A stretch of 23,452 bases of DNA from an uncultured Chthonomonadaceae bacterium. GTDB taxonomy: Bacteria > Armatimonadota > Chthonomonadetes > Chthonomonadales > Chthonomonadaceae. The stretch is from assembly GCA_963835065.1 (NCBI GenBank), contig CAWIEK010000036.1, positions 1 to 23,452 on the forward strand, in the 5' to 3' direction. Of this stretch, positions 1 to 9,106 are shown in pieces. How positions within the stretch are numbered: the first letter of the stretch is position 1; each line of letters begins with the position of its first letter. The notes beneath the pieces were generated by a model, which searched no databases, was not told the origin of the DNA, and worked only from the letters and a program-made list of their open reading frames with translations. A program made the translations under genes and the position numbers.

Positions 1-62
1 AGCCGCTGGCAAGGTTCAGGTTTGTCGGGCTTTAACATTTGTTCGTTACCTGTGTTTTGCCC

Positions 63-479
63 TCATTTACTCGAATCAGGAACCAGCGTTGCATCCCACC
101 AGAAACCTTGCTCACGCATGTAAATCAAAATCTGCTTGAACGCTTCATCGTGGAGCCTGCGTGTCTGAGCAGCATCAGAGGGTCGCATGTCGTACCGTGC
201 CCACTCACTTGCGGTTCTTAATCGCCGGTAATGACTTGCAATCGGTTTCATCTGATTAGAGATGTAGACAGCGCGCTTCTCATGGGTATCCGGCATGTTC
301 ATCGGTGTCTTGGCGTGAGCGTAAGCCTGCATCAAATGAACCGCTGAATAAAACAAGGCCACCACCGCCCAACTTACCTCTTCTGAATTGTTCAGAAAAC
401 GTTCATATCGGCGGTAGTTGGCATGCGCTTCCGCTATGTGTTCCAGCGCCTCCCTATCCGTAGTTTTAGGGGCGGGCAT
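63..479 (-). CDS. HEPN-domain protein (putative toxin/RNase)
   Basis: 138 aa helical protein with HEPN-like motifs: 'WAVVALFYSAVH', 'THEKR' and C-terminal 'RLRTASEWARYD'. RBS AGGAG lies upstream. It follows the 126-aa ORF after a 12-nt gap. Confidence 0.7.
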   Translation of the reverse strand: MPAPKTTDREALEHIAEAHANYRRYERFLNNSEEVSWAVVALFYSAVHLMQAYAHAKTPMNMPDTHEKRAVYISNQMKPIASHYRRLRTASEWARYDMRPSDAAQTRRLHDEAFKQILIYMREQGFWWDATLVPDSSK

Positions 480-491
480 GTTCCGCTCCTA

Positions 492-872
492 TTAACCCTC
501 AACACCGCAGATAGCTGAAGGCTTTATCAGCACATCCAGCCGTCCCTGTGGGTATTGTTGATGGGTACGAATTTCGAGATCAAAGACTTCATCGGCTGCA
601 CTGCCGAACAAGTCAGGAATGGTAACAACGATTGTTCGCTCATTCCAGGACGGGCCGCCATCCACTTGCACCGAAGCGCCTTTTATCTGTAGCGCTTGCT
701 GATAAAAGGTAAAATTTGCTTGTTCCGTCTGTGTCGCCGTTGCGGGTTCGTCAGACACGGCAAATTGTACTGCACCCTCACCCTTCTTAAATTCTGCTTC
801 AACTCTAATACTGGAGGGAACAGTAGATTTTGCCGTGTCTGACACGGGTTGAGTAACATCTAAGACAGACAT
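492..872 (-). CDS. Putative antitoxin partner of the HEPN gene; degenerate minimal-nucleotidyltransferase-like fold (inferred)
   Basis: 126 aa. Its position directly upstream of HEPN matches MNT-HEPN pairs. C-terminal pattern 'IVVTIPDLF...E.....YP..RLDVLI'. A homolog lies at 8744-9091. No GS/DxD motif is visible. Confidence 0.5.
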   Translation of the reverse strand: MSVLDVTQPVSDTAKSTVPSSIRVEAEFKKGEGAVQFAVSDEPATATQTEQANFTFYQQALQIKGASVQVDGGPSWNERTIVVTIPDLFGSAADEVFDLEIRTHQQYPQGRLDVLIKPSAICGVEG

Positions 873-911
873 GGTTCTAGCCCCACAAAGATAGAAATGA
901 ACGATAGTATG

Positions 912-940
912 ATTGTAGCATGGTTTCTCCGTATTATCAA
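912..940 (-). promoter_or_regulatory. Sigma70-type promoter for the antitoxin-HEPN module
   Basis: Minus strand TTGATA-N17-TACAAT with extended TG, 40 nt upstream of the ATG at 872. Confidence 0.6.
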
Positions 941-949
941 GCCTTCGTC

Positions 950-3650
950 TCAGGCCATGCTCAGGGGGTCAATGTCTACGTACAAGCCTAATCGGTCAGT
1001 GGGGGCGAGGCAGGCGATGGCGGAGCGTACCAGGTCGGAAAGGGGATAATCTACGGGCGCGCGCAGGGCGACGTGGAAGCGGTACTGGTTTTTCAGGCGG
1101 GCGAGGGGCGCGGCGGTTGGCCCGATGATTTCCACGTCCGGCGGGTTGAGCCGTTCCAGCGCGACGACGAGAGCGGTGGAGCGGGCTTCCGCTTTGGCCT
1201 CGTTTTCATCGGCGCAAATCAGGTTGACGAAGCGGCTGTAGGGCGGGTACTTCAATTCCTGCCGGAACAAAATCTCCTGCTTGTAAAACCGGGCGTAATC
1301 GTGCTGAATGGCCGCCTGCACCGCGTAATGATCCGGGCTGAACGTTTGGATAATCACTTCACCGGGCGTGTTGCCCCGTCCGGCCCGACCCGCCACCTGT
1401 GTCAGCAGTTGAAACGTCCGCTCGGCTGCCCGAAAATCCGGCATGTTGATAGCCGTGTCCGCGCTGATAACGCCGACAAGCGTAACGTTCGGGAAATCCA
1501 AGCCTTTCGCCACCATCTGCGTACCGATGAGAATGTCCGCGTCGCCCTGCCGGAACGCGCGCATAATCCGGGAGTGCGCGCCCTTTTGCGAAGTGGTGTC
1601 CCGGTCCATACGCGCCACTCGCGCGGTCGGAAACACGCGCAGCACCTCTTCCTCGACCTTTTCCGTGCCGATGCCGAACGCTTTCACCTTCATGCCGCCG
1701 CAGTCCGGGCATTTCAAGGGTACGCGCCCGTTGAAATCGCAATGGTGGCACTTCAGCGCGCGCTCAAAGTTGTGGTAGGCCAAAGAAACGGCGCAGTTCG
1801 GACACTTCGCCGTCCAGCCACAATCGCGGCACAGCACAAACTGCGCGTACCCGCGCCGGTTCAAAAACAAAATGGTCTGCTGTTTCTTTCTCAGCCGCTC
1901 CATCATGGCCGCGATTAATCGCTCCGAAAACAGCGCCTTCTGCTTCTTAAACTCTTCGCGCAAATCCACCACTTCCACGCGGGGCAGGGGGCGGTTGTCT
2001 ATGCGGTCAGGCATGGTCAATGAGGAGGGTGTCGGGTGTTGGGTGTCGGAGTGTTGTGCGCGCGCGTATTGGACACGCGTCTGTGTTCCGCTATAGGCCT
2101 TGGTTGGAATTTTTGTAACTGCCACTGCGCAAGTGCATTATTGCCCGACACCCTGACATCCGACACCCCATATCCTGCTCCGTAGCCGCAAAGTAACTCT
2201 CCAACGAGGGCGTCGCGCTGCCTAGAATCAGCGTGGCATTGCTGAGTTGGGCGCGTTCCATAGCCAGGTCTTTGGCATTGTAGCGGGGGGTGTTTTCCTG
2301 TTTGTAGGAGGCTTCGTGTTCCTCGTCCATGACGATCAGTCCGACATTTTGCACGGGCGCGAAAATCGCCGAGCGCGCGCCGACCACGATACGCGCCTTG
2401 CCCGCCTGCATCCGCCGCCATTCGTCGTGCCGCTCGCCTTCGGAGAGTTTGGAGTGGAGGACCGCTACCTGCTCGCCGAACCGCCCGACAAAAATATCCA
2501 CAATCTGCGCGGTCAGGGCGATTTCCGGCACAAGCACAATCGCGCTGCGGCCCTGTTCCAGCGTGTGCGCAATCGCGTTGAGATACACTTCCGTTTTGCC
2601 GCTTGCCGTGACGCCGAAAAGCAGAACGGTTTGCGTTTTGCCGCTGTCCAGGCACTCGCGCAGGCGTACCGCCGCGTTCTGCTGTCCGGGCGTGAGCGTG
2701 GGCGCAACCGTGCGTTCGCCCTGCGCGCTCACGGGCGCGCGCCGCACCGTAATCTCATGCGCCTGCACCAGCCCTTTGTCCACCAGCCCGCGCAGGGACG
2801 CGGGCGTTGCCTGGCTGACCCGCACCAGTTCATCGCCGGGTATCGGCCCTTCGCTGTGGCGGGCGCGCTGCACCAGTTCATTCAAAATCCGCTGCTGCTG
2901 GGGGCTGCGGTTTCCCACACTGCCGCCCTGCGTCAATGCTACCGCCGCCGCGCCCAATGTATACGCTTTGCGGGTTTTGCCCACCGTTTTCGCCCGTACA
3001 ATCGTCCGCGATTCAATAAGAAGCCCTTTTTTCAGCAGGGCGGCATACGCGCCCGCGAAGTTGGTCAGGTGCGCGGCTTCGCGCAGGGCGTCCACTTCCG
3101 CTTCGCCGTCCAGCGCGCGCAGGGTTTCCAGAACATGCGCCTGTGGAATGGACGCGCCCACATCCACGCCCCGATACGTCGCATCCGCAAGCCGCGCAAT
3201 CGTCGCCACCCGCGCGCCGAGATTGGCGGGAGCCACGCAGCGCAGCGCGTCCAGCAAATCGCACACGTACTGCCAGCTCATCCACTGAATAATATGAAGC
3301 TGTTCGGAATTGATGGTAACAGCGTCTTCCACAATACCGATAATGGTTTTGAGTTTGCCGCACAGGGGATCGTTTGACGCCAGTTTGCGCCGCGCCAGCA
3401 CATACCCCAACGTTTCCCGCCCCGCAAACGGAATATGCACACATGCGCCCGCCACCAGCGTATTTTGCATAATTTCGGGAACGCGGTACGAGTACGAAGG
3501 CTGCAAATCCGGCGCGTCAATATCCACCACCACATCGGCAATATCAATCTCGGCGTACTCCTCCCATAGCGAGTCCACATAAGGATTTTGGATTTTGGAT
3601 TTTGGATTTTGGATTGGAGATTCGGAGTTCCGGGTGTTCCGGGAATTCAT
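950..3650 (-). CDS. priA: Primosomal protein N' (replication restart helicase), split by a 1-nt frameshift within an inserted segment (~2025-2175)
   Basis: N part (2091-3650): 'GVTASGKTEVY', 'LVPEIALT', 'DEEHE', 'LGSATPSLES'. C part (950-2125): 'FLNRRGY', CxxC zinc motifs, 'GTQMVAKGLDFPNV', 'QVAGRAGR'. The true start is uncertain. Confidence 0.95.
2027..2168. repeat. Inverted heptamer arrays (GGGTGTC-type) bracketing the insertion in priA
   Basis: GGGTGTCGGGTGTTGGGTGTCGG (~2027-2049) is the imperfect reverse complement of CCGACACCCTGACATCCGACACCC (~2145-2168). Confidence 0.8.
3583..3615. repeat. Heptamer tandem repeat (GGATTTT)x4
   Basis: Read directly. It translates as 'IQNPKSKIQNP' at the 5' end of the priA ORF. 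Confidence 0.9.
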
Positions 3651-3678
3651 TCGGGAAGTCGTTCATAATGTTGCGGTT

Positions 3679-3725
3679 TTCATCCTTCATCCTTCATCCT
3701 TCATCCTTGCTCTTGTCCTTCATCC
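3679..3725. repeat. Heptamer tandem repeat (TTCATCC)x4 plus one further copy
   Basis: Read directly. It overlaps the plsY stop codon. Confidence 0.9.
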
Positions 3726-4344
3726 TTGCTTTTTTCTGCCAGGGCATACAGACTTTGGGTTCGATGCCTGTGCGCAGGCGCTGGATGTTGGCGCGGTGCT
3801 TGTATACGGCGAGGATGCAGGCGGCGCAGGCGAACGCGAGGCGGTACGGGTCGCCGGGATGCAGCCATAGTGTGAGAAACGGCAGCGACAGCGCGGCCAG
3901 AATGGAGCCGAGCGATACCCAGTTCAGCGTCAGCAGTTCCAGCAGGAAAATTCCGAGCGCGGCAATCCCCACGCCCGGCATCACGCCGAGCAACGCGCCC
4001 AAACTTGTCGCAATCCCCTTGCCGCCCTTGCCGCCCAAAAATACGGAATAATTATGCCCCACAACCGCGCACAACGCGCTGCTCACCTGCCATTCCGCGC
4101 CCAAATGCAAACTATATTTTGCGATAAGCGGCGGCACAAGCCCCTTGCACACATCGAACGCGAACACAACTGCGTAGCCCAACGGCCCGGTCACGCGCCC
4201 CACATTGGTCGAGCCGATGTTGCCGCTGCCTACCGTGCGGATGTCCACGCCCTTCCATTTCTTGACCAGCCACAGCCCAAACGGAATGGAACCGAGCAGA
4301 TAACTCCCCGCCAATAACAGCCCGATAATGCCCGCCTGTCCCAT
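3694..4344 (-). CDS. plsY: Glycerol-3-phosphate acyltransferase PlsY
   Basis: 'YLLGSIPFG', 'DIRTVGSGNIGSTNVGR', 'GHNYSVF..KGGKGIATSLG', 'HRANIQRL'. The start at 4344 (MGQAG) is preferred over 4395. Confidence 0.95.
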   Translation of the reverse strand: MGQAGIIGLLLAGSYLLGSIPFGLWLVKKWKGVDIRTVGSGNIGSTNVGRVTGPLGYAVVFAFDVCKGLVPPLIAKYSLHLGAEWQVSSALCAVVGHNYSVFLGGKGGKGIATSLGALLGVMPGVGIAALGIFLLELLTLNWVSLGSILAALSLPFLTLWLHPGDPYRLAFACAACILAVYKHRANIQRLRTGIEPKVCMPWQKKARMKDKSKDEG

Positions 4345-4411
4345 GCTTGCCCCCTGCCCCGCGATATGCCCAAAGTATACCCATTCCGCCGCCAAACCGC
4401 TGAATAAATTA

Positions 4412-4503
4412 AACCACGGGGAACACGGGGGACACGGGGAGGAGAGGGCAGAGGAGAAGAGAACCGCTCCTCTCTCCCTCTCCTCCCCGTGTTCCCCGCG
4501 GTT
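4412..4503. repeat. ~90-bp palindromic element with nonamer arms
   Basis: Left arm AACCACGGGGAACACGG(GGGACACGG)GGAGGAGAGGG. Right arm CCCTCTCCTCCCCGTGTTCCCCGCGGTT (4476-4503). Inner stem AGAGGAG/CTCCTCT. Confidence 0.85.
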
Positions 4504-4509
4504 GAACTC

Positions 4510-5898
4510 CTATTGCAGCCAGTGCAGGAGGAGGGAGGCCAGCCACAGGAAGACGGCAAAGCCGATGACGTCCTGAAAGGCGGTCTCGAACGGGCCGGCG
4601 GTGGCGGCGGGGTCGAAGCCGAAGCGCTTGGACAGCATCGGGATCACGGTTCCCATGAAGCCTGCCGTGAGCATGGAGCAGGTCATCGCGCCGCCAATGA
4701 CAATGCCGAACGGGATATGATGCGACCAGATCACGCCCACCAGTCCCAGCACAAGCCCGCACACAACGGCCATAATGACCGAGGTTGTCAACTCCTTTAT
4801 CACGGGTTTCCAGACATTATCAAGGCTGACGTGTCCCGTGTCCAGGCCGCGCACGATGATGGCCGCCGCCTGCAAGCCGACATTGCCCGAAATCGCGGAA
4901 ATCACCGGCATGAACGAGGCCAGCAGAATGATCTTTTTCAGCACGTCGTCAAAGTGCTGAATCACCACGCCCGCGCCCAGTTCGATGAGCATGGTTCCCA
5001 TCAGCCAGGGCAGGCGCAGTTTCGCCACCTGAACGGGTGTGCGGCGATCCATTTCTTCGGCGTCCGAGCCGACCAGTTTCAGATAATCCTCGTTGAACTC
5101 TTCCACGAGAACGTCAATCACGTCGTCTACGGTGACGATGCCGAGCAAGCGGCCTTCGGCATGAACGACGGGAATGCAAAGCAGGTCATATTGCGAAATC
5201 AGTCGGGCCACTTCCTGCTGATCCGTTTCGGGCGTCACCGTAATCGGTTCGGGATTCATCAGGGCGGAAAGCGGCTGCTCCTGCCCCGCTGTCAGCGCGT
5301 CGCGCAGTGAGCAAACCCCGGCCAAACGTCCGCCGCCGTTAATGACGTAGATGACATACGGCGTTTCCACAGTGCGGCCTTCGCGCCGCACCTTGTCTAC
5401 GATCTGCGCAGCCGTCATTTGCGCCGTCGCGCTCAGGAACTTGTCGGTCATCAGGCGTCCCGCCGTGCCTTCCGGGTAGGCCAGCAGCGCCTTTACCTCC
5501 TGCGCGTCGGCAGTTGGCAGGCCGGCAAGCAGGCGATTCGTGTCTTCGCTTGAGTCGCCGGGGCGCTCAGACAGTTCCGCCATCAATTCCGCCGCGTCGT
5601 CCATCGGCAGAATGTCGAGCAGGGACACGATGCGGTCATGGGGCGTGTGCTGTACCAGATAGCGGTTGGTGTCGGGCGAAACCTCGTCCAGCGCGTCTGC
5701 AGCAGTGGGAACGTCCAGCAGATTGAAAATCGCCAGCGCTTCCGGCAGCGTCAGTTCATCCAGAATAAAAGCAATGTCGGACGGGTGCAGGTCGCGCAGC
5801 AGCGTTGTCAGCGCCGACGTGTCGAGCGTCCGCCCGCCCTGTCCCAGCATAGCGCGGATGCGCTCAATGGTTCCGGGCATCATTCGAGTGATTGGCAT
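4510..5898 (-). CDS. mgtE: Magnesium transporter MgtE
   Basis: MgtE_N helices ('LHPSDIA'), 'YPEGTAGRLMT', CBS pair, 'RLPWL', 'GNVGLQ', 'DPAATAGPFETAFQDVIG'. RBS GGAAGGGA lies before the ATG at 5898. Confidence 0.95.
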   Translation of the reverse strand: MPITRMMPGTIERIRAMLGQGGRTLDTSALTTLLRDLHPSDIAFILDELTLPEALAIFNLLDVPTAADALDEVSPDTNRYLVQHTPHDRIVSLLDILPMDDAAELMAELSERPGDSSEDTNRLLAGLPTADAQEVKALLAYPEGTAGRLMTDKFLSATAQMTAAQIVDKVRREGRTVETPYVIYVINGGGRLAGVCSLRDALTAGQEQPLSALMNPEPITVTPETDQQEVARLISQYDLLCIPVVHAEGRLLGIVTVDDVIDVLVEEFNEDYLKLVGSDAEEMDRRTPVQVAKLRLPWLMGTMLIELGAGVVIQHFDDVLKKIILLASFMPVISAISGNVGLQAAAIIVRGLDTGHVSLDNVWKPVIKELTTSVIMAVVCGLVLGLVGVIWSHHIPFGIVIGGAMTCSMLTAGFMGTVIPMLSKRFGFDPAATAGPFETAFQDVIGFAVFLWLASLLLHWLQ

Positions 5899-6414
5899 GG
5901 CAGTGTCCCTTCCCGAAAACAAGGCGTTCGGAACGGCGTTCCCGCGCGTAAGATGGTAACAGGCGCGTTTCAAAATCAAGGCGCGTAAGTGCCAGGAATT
6001 GAAAAACCCCGTCTTCACAAAACAAGCGTCCTGCGAACGCGATTCTCTCTATCAAGATTCTCGCGTCTGAAAGACGCTTGTACTTTCCTGCCGGGTGTTT
6101 TCAACACCCGGAGCAGAGAGATGCCTCCATCATTGCAGACAGGCGAAACAATTCCCAACAGCGTTATTTTCGCTGTGTTTGTGTCACGGATATGAAGTTG
6201 GCAGGCGTCAGGAAACAGGAAACCGGGAAGGGACAACAATCAAAGTCGCTTCCGCGCAGGTCGAGCGACCGGGCGGCAGCGGGACGCAAGGCGCGTCGAA
6301 ACTGCGAGGCTTAACGGTCGCGCGACGGGAGGTTCCGTTCGCGTTTACTGGCTGGGTCAGACATGGAAAACGTATCATCCTTTACGCGGCAGGCAAGATT
6401 ACACCGCGCAAGTC

Positions 6415-6444
6415 AGTATAACCCGAATCACTTCGATTCGTCAA
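6415..6444 (-). promoter_or_regulatory. Sigma70-type promoter with a palindrome over the spacer, facing mgtE
   Basis: Minus strand TTGACG-N18-TATACT. Inverted repeat CGAATC-N5-GATTCG at 6424-6440. Confidence 0.55.
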
Positions 6445-6552
6445 CTCAAAATGAACACTTTTTATCATTTGAAGCGTCGAATCAAGTAAACTGTAAGGAA
6501 GAAGATAGAAGATAGAAGGCAAAGAAGGCAAAAGAGTTAAGATATAAGCCAA

Positions 6553-6599
6553 ACACCCGAACACCTGAATACCCGAACACCCTAAAACCCTAAACCACC
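6553..6599 (+). repeat. AACACCCG-type octamers plus CTAAAACC repeats immediately upstream of the HEAT gene ATG
   Basis: AACACCCGAACACCTGAATACCCGAACACCCTAAAACCCTAAACCACC-ATG. Confidence 0.75.
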
Positions 6600-8639
6600 A
6601 TGACTACAGACTCCCTTTGGAATGCCGTTATAGAATTTACCACTTCGCCTGCTGAAGAAGCCGATGCCCTGCTGCAAGCGGTTGTGGCGCAGGGCGTGGC
6701 TGCTGTGGAGCCGCTCGGTTTGGCCGTTCGTATCGGCGACGTGGCCGCACGTCAGGCTGCGGTTCGCGCGCTTGGCTTTATTTTTGACGCGGCTTCCGTG
6801 CCTGTTTTGATCCACGCGCTGCAGGATGCGAACGCGGGCGCGCGAACGGAAGCCATTGCCGGACTCGCGCGCTTGGGCGGCCTTGCCGTTCCCGCCCTCT
6901 TGGACGCGCTCCGGCAGGATGTCTGGGCCGCGTGTGGAACGCAATTGCGCCTGCTCAATGAACCGCAGATCGTCACGCCCCTGCGCGAGTGCCTGACAGC
7001 CCGGCAGGATGAAACGCGCCGCGCCCTTGTGGAGAGCCTGTCACGCATCCACGACGCCCGCGTTCTCGACGCCCTTACCCCGCTTTTGCGCGACATAGAT
7101 GAGCCGATACGCTTTTTCGCCGTAGAAGCGCTGGCGCGGGCGGGAAGCGCGCGCCTGTCCGATATACTTGCCGCCCTTGACGACAATCTCGCCTTTCGGC
7201 AGCATGTCGCCACCGTCCTGACCGCGCACCCCGCGCCTTTAGACGAAGCCGCCCTGCCCCTCCTCCTCCTCGCAAGCCGCGTCGGGCACGTCCACGCCCG
7301 GTGGGTCGCCGATACCGTTCTCAGCCAGATGGACTCCCCTGCCGCTGTGGACACGCTCCATCACGCCCTGTCCGATCCCGACGCCGAAGTACGCCTGATT
7401 GCCGTAGAAGCCACGCGGCAAGTCAATGACAGCAACATCGAAGCGCTCCTTCGCGCTGTGCGGGACGACAGCGCCCCCGTGCGCCGCGCCGCCGTTCACG
7501 CCCTCGCCGACGTTGCCGACCCCCGCGTAACCGACGCCTTAGTGCAGGCCGCCAATGACGAGGACGCCCTCGTTCGCAGCCGCGCCCTCGCCGCAGTGGG
7601 CAGCCTGTCCCGCGTCGGCGAACTTCAGCCACTCGTCAACGCCCTTGCCAACCGCGACACCAGCCTGCGCAAAACCGCCTCCGACACCCTTGCCGGCATG
7701 GACGCCGCCCGTGTCGTTCCGCCCCTCATTGCCGCGCTTGCCCAGGACGCTTACGGCGAGGTCGCGCGGACATTGGGACGCCTGGGCGATGTGGAAGCCG
7801 TTCCCGCCCTGCTCGCCGCGTTTGAAGGCGCGACATATGTGGCGCGTCAGGCCATTGTGGAAGCGTGTGGCCTGCTGAAAGACCGCCGCAGTCTGCCCGC
7901 CGTTTTGCGCGCCATGAAAGACGACACCTCCAATGTCCGCGAGGCCGCCGTAAAAGCGCTCGACCAACTCGCCGCGCCCGAAAGCATCCCCACCCTGATT
8001 GACGCCCTTAACGACACCGCCCCCGCCGTCCGAGAAGGCGCGACACGGGCGCTCACGCATCTCGGCCCCCTCGTTTTGCAGGCCATGCAGCCCTCCCTCG
8101 AATCCGGGGATTGGCGCGTCCGTCTCAACGCCGTGCAGGTGTTGGGCAACATCGGCGACGTGCGCGCGGTGGAACTGCTCATCCGCAAACTGCACGACCC
8201 CGCCGGCAACGTGTGCGGAGCCGCCATCACCGAATTGAAACGGCTTTCCGACGCCCGCTGCATCGGCTGGCTGCTCCGCGCCCTCGAAGACCGTGAACCC
8301 TTCGTCCGCGAAAGCGTCGCCGACGTGCTGACCTCGCTTGGCGACTCGTTCACCCTGCCCCGTCTCGTCCTTGCCGAATCGCGCCTATCCCCCCGTGACC
8401 GCGCCGCCATTCTCGACTACATGCGCCGCGTCCGCTACTCCGACCGGCACATCACCTTCCGCTTCACCGCCATCGGCGATCTCGTCGCCTACTGCATGCA
8501 AATGCGCAACGAAACCGACCCCGCCGTTCAGCAGGGAGCCAACGCCGTCCTCGACTACATCCGCCAACTGCGCGACGCCCAGGCCACCCAAGCCCCTGCC
8601 GTTCCAACAACACCCGCGTCCGGCGAAAACATCGCTTGA
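6600..8639 (+). CDS. HEAT/PBS-lyase-like repeat protein
   Basis: 679 aa with many 'L..AL.D....VR..A..AL' repeats. Confidence 0.9.
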   Translation: MTTDSLWNAVIEFTTSPAEEADALLQAVVAQGVAAVEPLGLAVRIGDVAARQAAVRALGFIFDAASVPVLIHALQDANAGARTEAIAGLARLGGLAVPALLDALRQDVWAACGTQLRLLNEPQIVTPLRECLTARQDETRRALVESLSRIHDARVLDALTPLLRDIDEPIRFFAVEALARAGSARLSDILAALDDNLAFRQHVATVLTAHPAPLDEAALPLLLLASRVGHVHARWVADTVLSQMDSPAAVDTLHHALSDPDAEVRLIAVEATRQVNDSNIEALLRAVRDDSAPVRRAAVHALADVADPRVTDALVQAANDEDALVRSRALAAVGSLSRVGELQPLVNALANRDTSLRKTASDTLAGMDAARVVPPLIAALAQDAYGEVARTLGRLGDVEAVPALLAAFEGATYVARQAIVEACGLLKDRRSLPAVLRAMKDDTSNVREAAVKALDQLAAPESIPTLIDALNDTAPAVREGATRALTHLGPLVLQAMQPSLESGDWRVRLNAVQVLGNIGDVRAVELLIRKLHDPAGNVCGAAITELKRLSDARCIGWLLRALEDREPFVRESVADVLTSLGDSFTLPRLVLAESRLSPRDRAAILDYMRRVRYSDRHITFRFTAIGDLVAYCMQMRNETDPAVQQGANAVLDYIRQLRDAQATQAPAVPTTPASGENIA

Positions 8640-8642
8640 TTA

Positions 8643-8668
8643 AACTATGCTTCACGACGAGCATAGTT
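8643..8668. terminator. Hairpin just after the HEAT gene stop
   Basis: AACTATGCT-N8-AGCATAGTT. There is no clear U-tract. Confidence 0.35.
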
Positions 8669-8743
8669 CGGGGGTCAGGGCGGGAAAAATAGTGGTATAT
8701 TGAATAGGTAAGGAATTATCAAGGTTGAAGGGGAGGGGAAGTT

Positions 8744-9091
8744 ATGTCTGCGGCAATTATTCAGCGACGAGTCTTACGGAAAAGAAAGTCTGTTGCCACT
8801 TCCTCCAACGTAAATTCTAACACATCCTCTCAACAGGAAGATGTGGGGTGTCGAGAACAAGCGTTATGCCTTTACTCTTCAGAAGTAAAGCAGATACCCG
8901 GTGTCGTTAGCGTCGAGCGCTATTATGATGGAAAGTCAAAAGAAGAAGGAGTAAGGGTTGTGGTTGACGACCTTTTTAGCCCGGTCACGCGAAGTGTGAG
9001 CCGGATTTAAAAGTTGGTTTATGCTGCCTACCCCGACATTCGCTTCGATATTGACATCCGGGATGTCAGCATGGAAAGTCGGAACGGGTGA
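8744..9091 (+). pseudogene. Second copy of the antitoxin-like gene, with an in-frame TAA at 9008-9010
   Basis: Readthrough gives '...DDLFSPVTRSVSRI*KLVYAAYPDIRFDIDIR...', which aligns with 'PDLFGSAADEVFDLEIRTHQQYPQGRLDVLIK' of 492-872. The stop falls at the Glu position. Confidence 0.75.
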
Positions 9092-9106
9092 CAGGAGCGT
9101 TCAACG

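Noticed and set aside
1..38. Possible start of a minus-strand gene (MLKPDKPEPCQR...)
   Set aside because: Only 12 codons are visible, too few to identify.
1073..3377. Long plus-strand ORFs (281, 376, 319 aa) and similar shadow ORFs elsewhere
   Set aside because: They are antisense or alternate-frame shadows of well-supported GC-rich genes.
4489..4500. GTGTTCCCCGCG matches the start of type I-E CRISPR repeats
   Set aside because: It is a single 12-nt match within a palindrome, with no spacers and no cas genes.
6070..6095. Minus-strand CAGGAAAGTAC resembling RNase P GAGGAAAGUCC
   Set aside because: The match is imperfect and I found no conserved 3' P4 partner.
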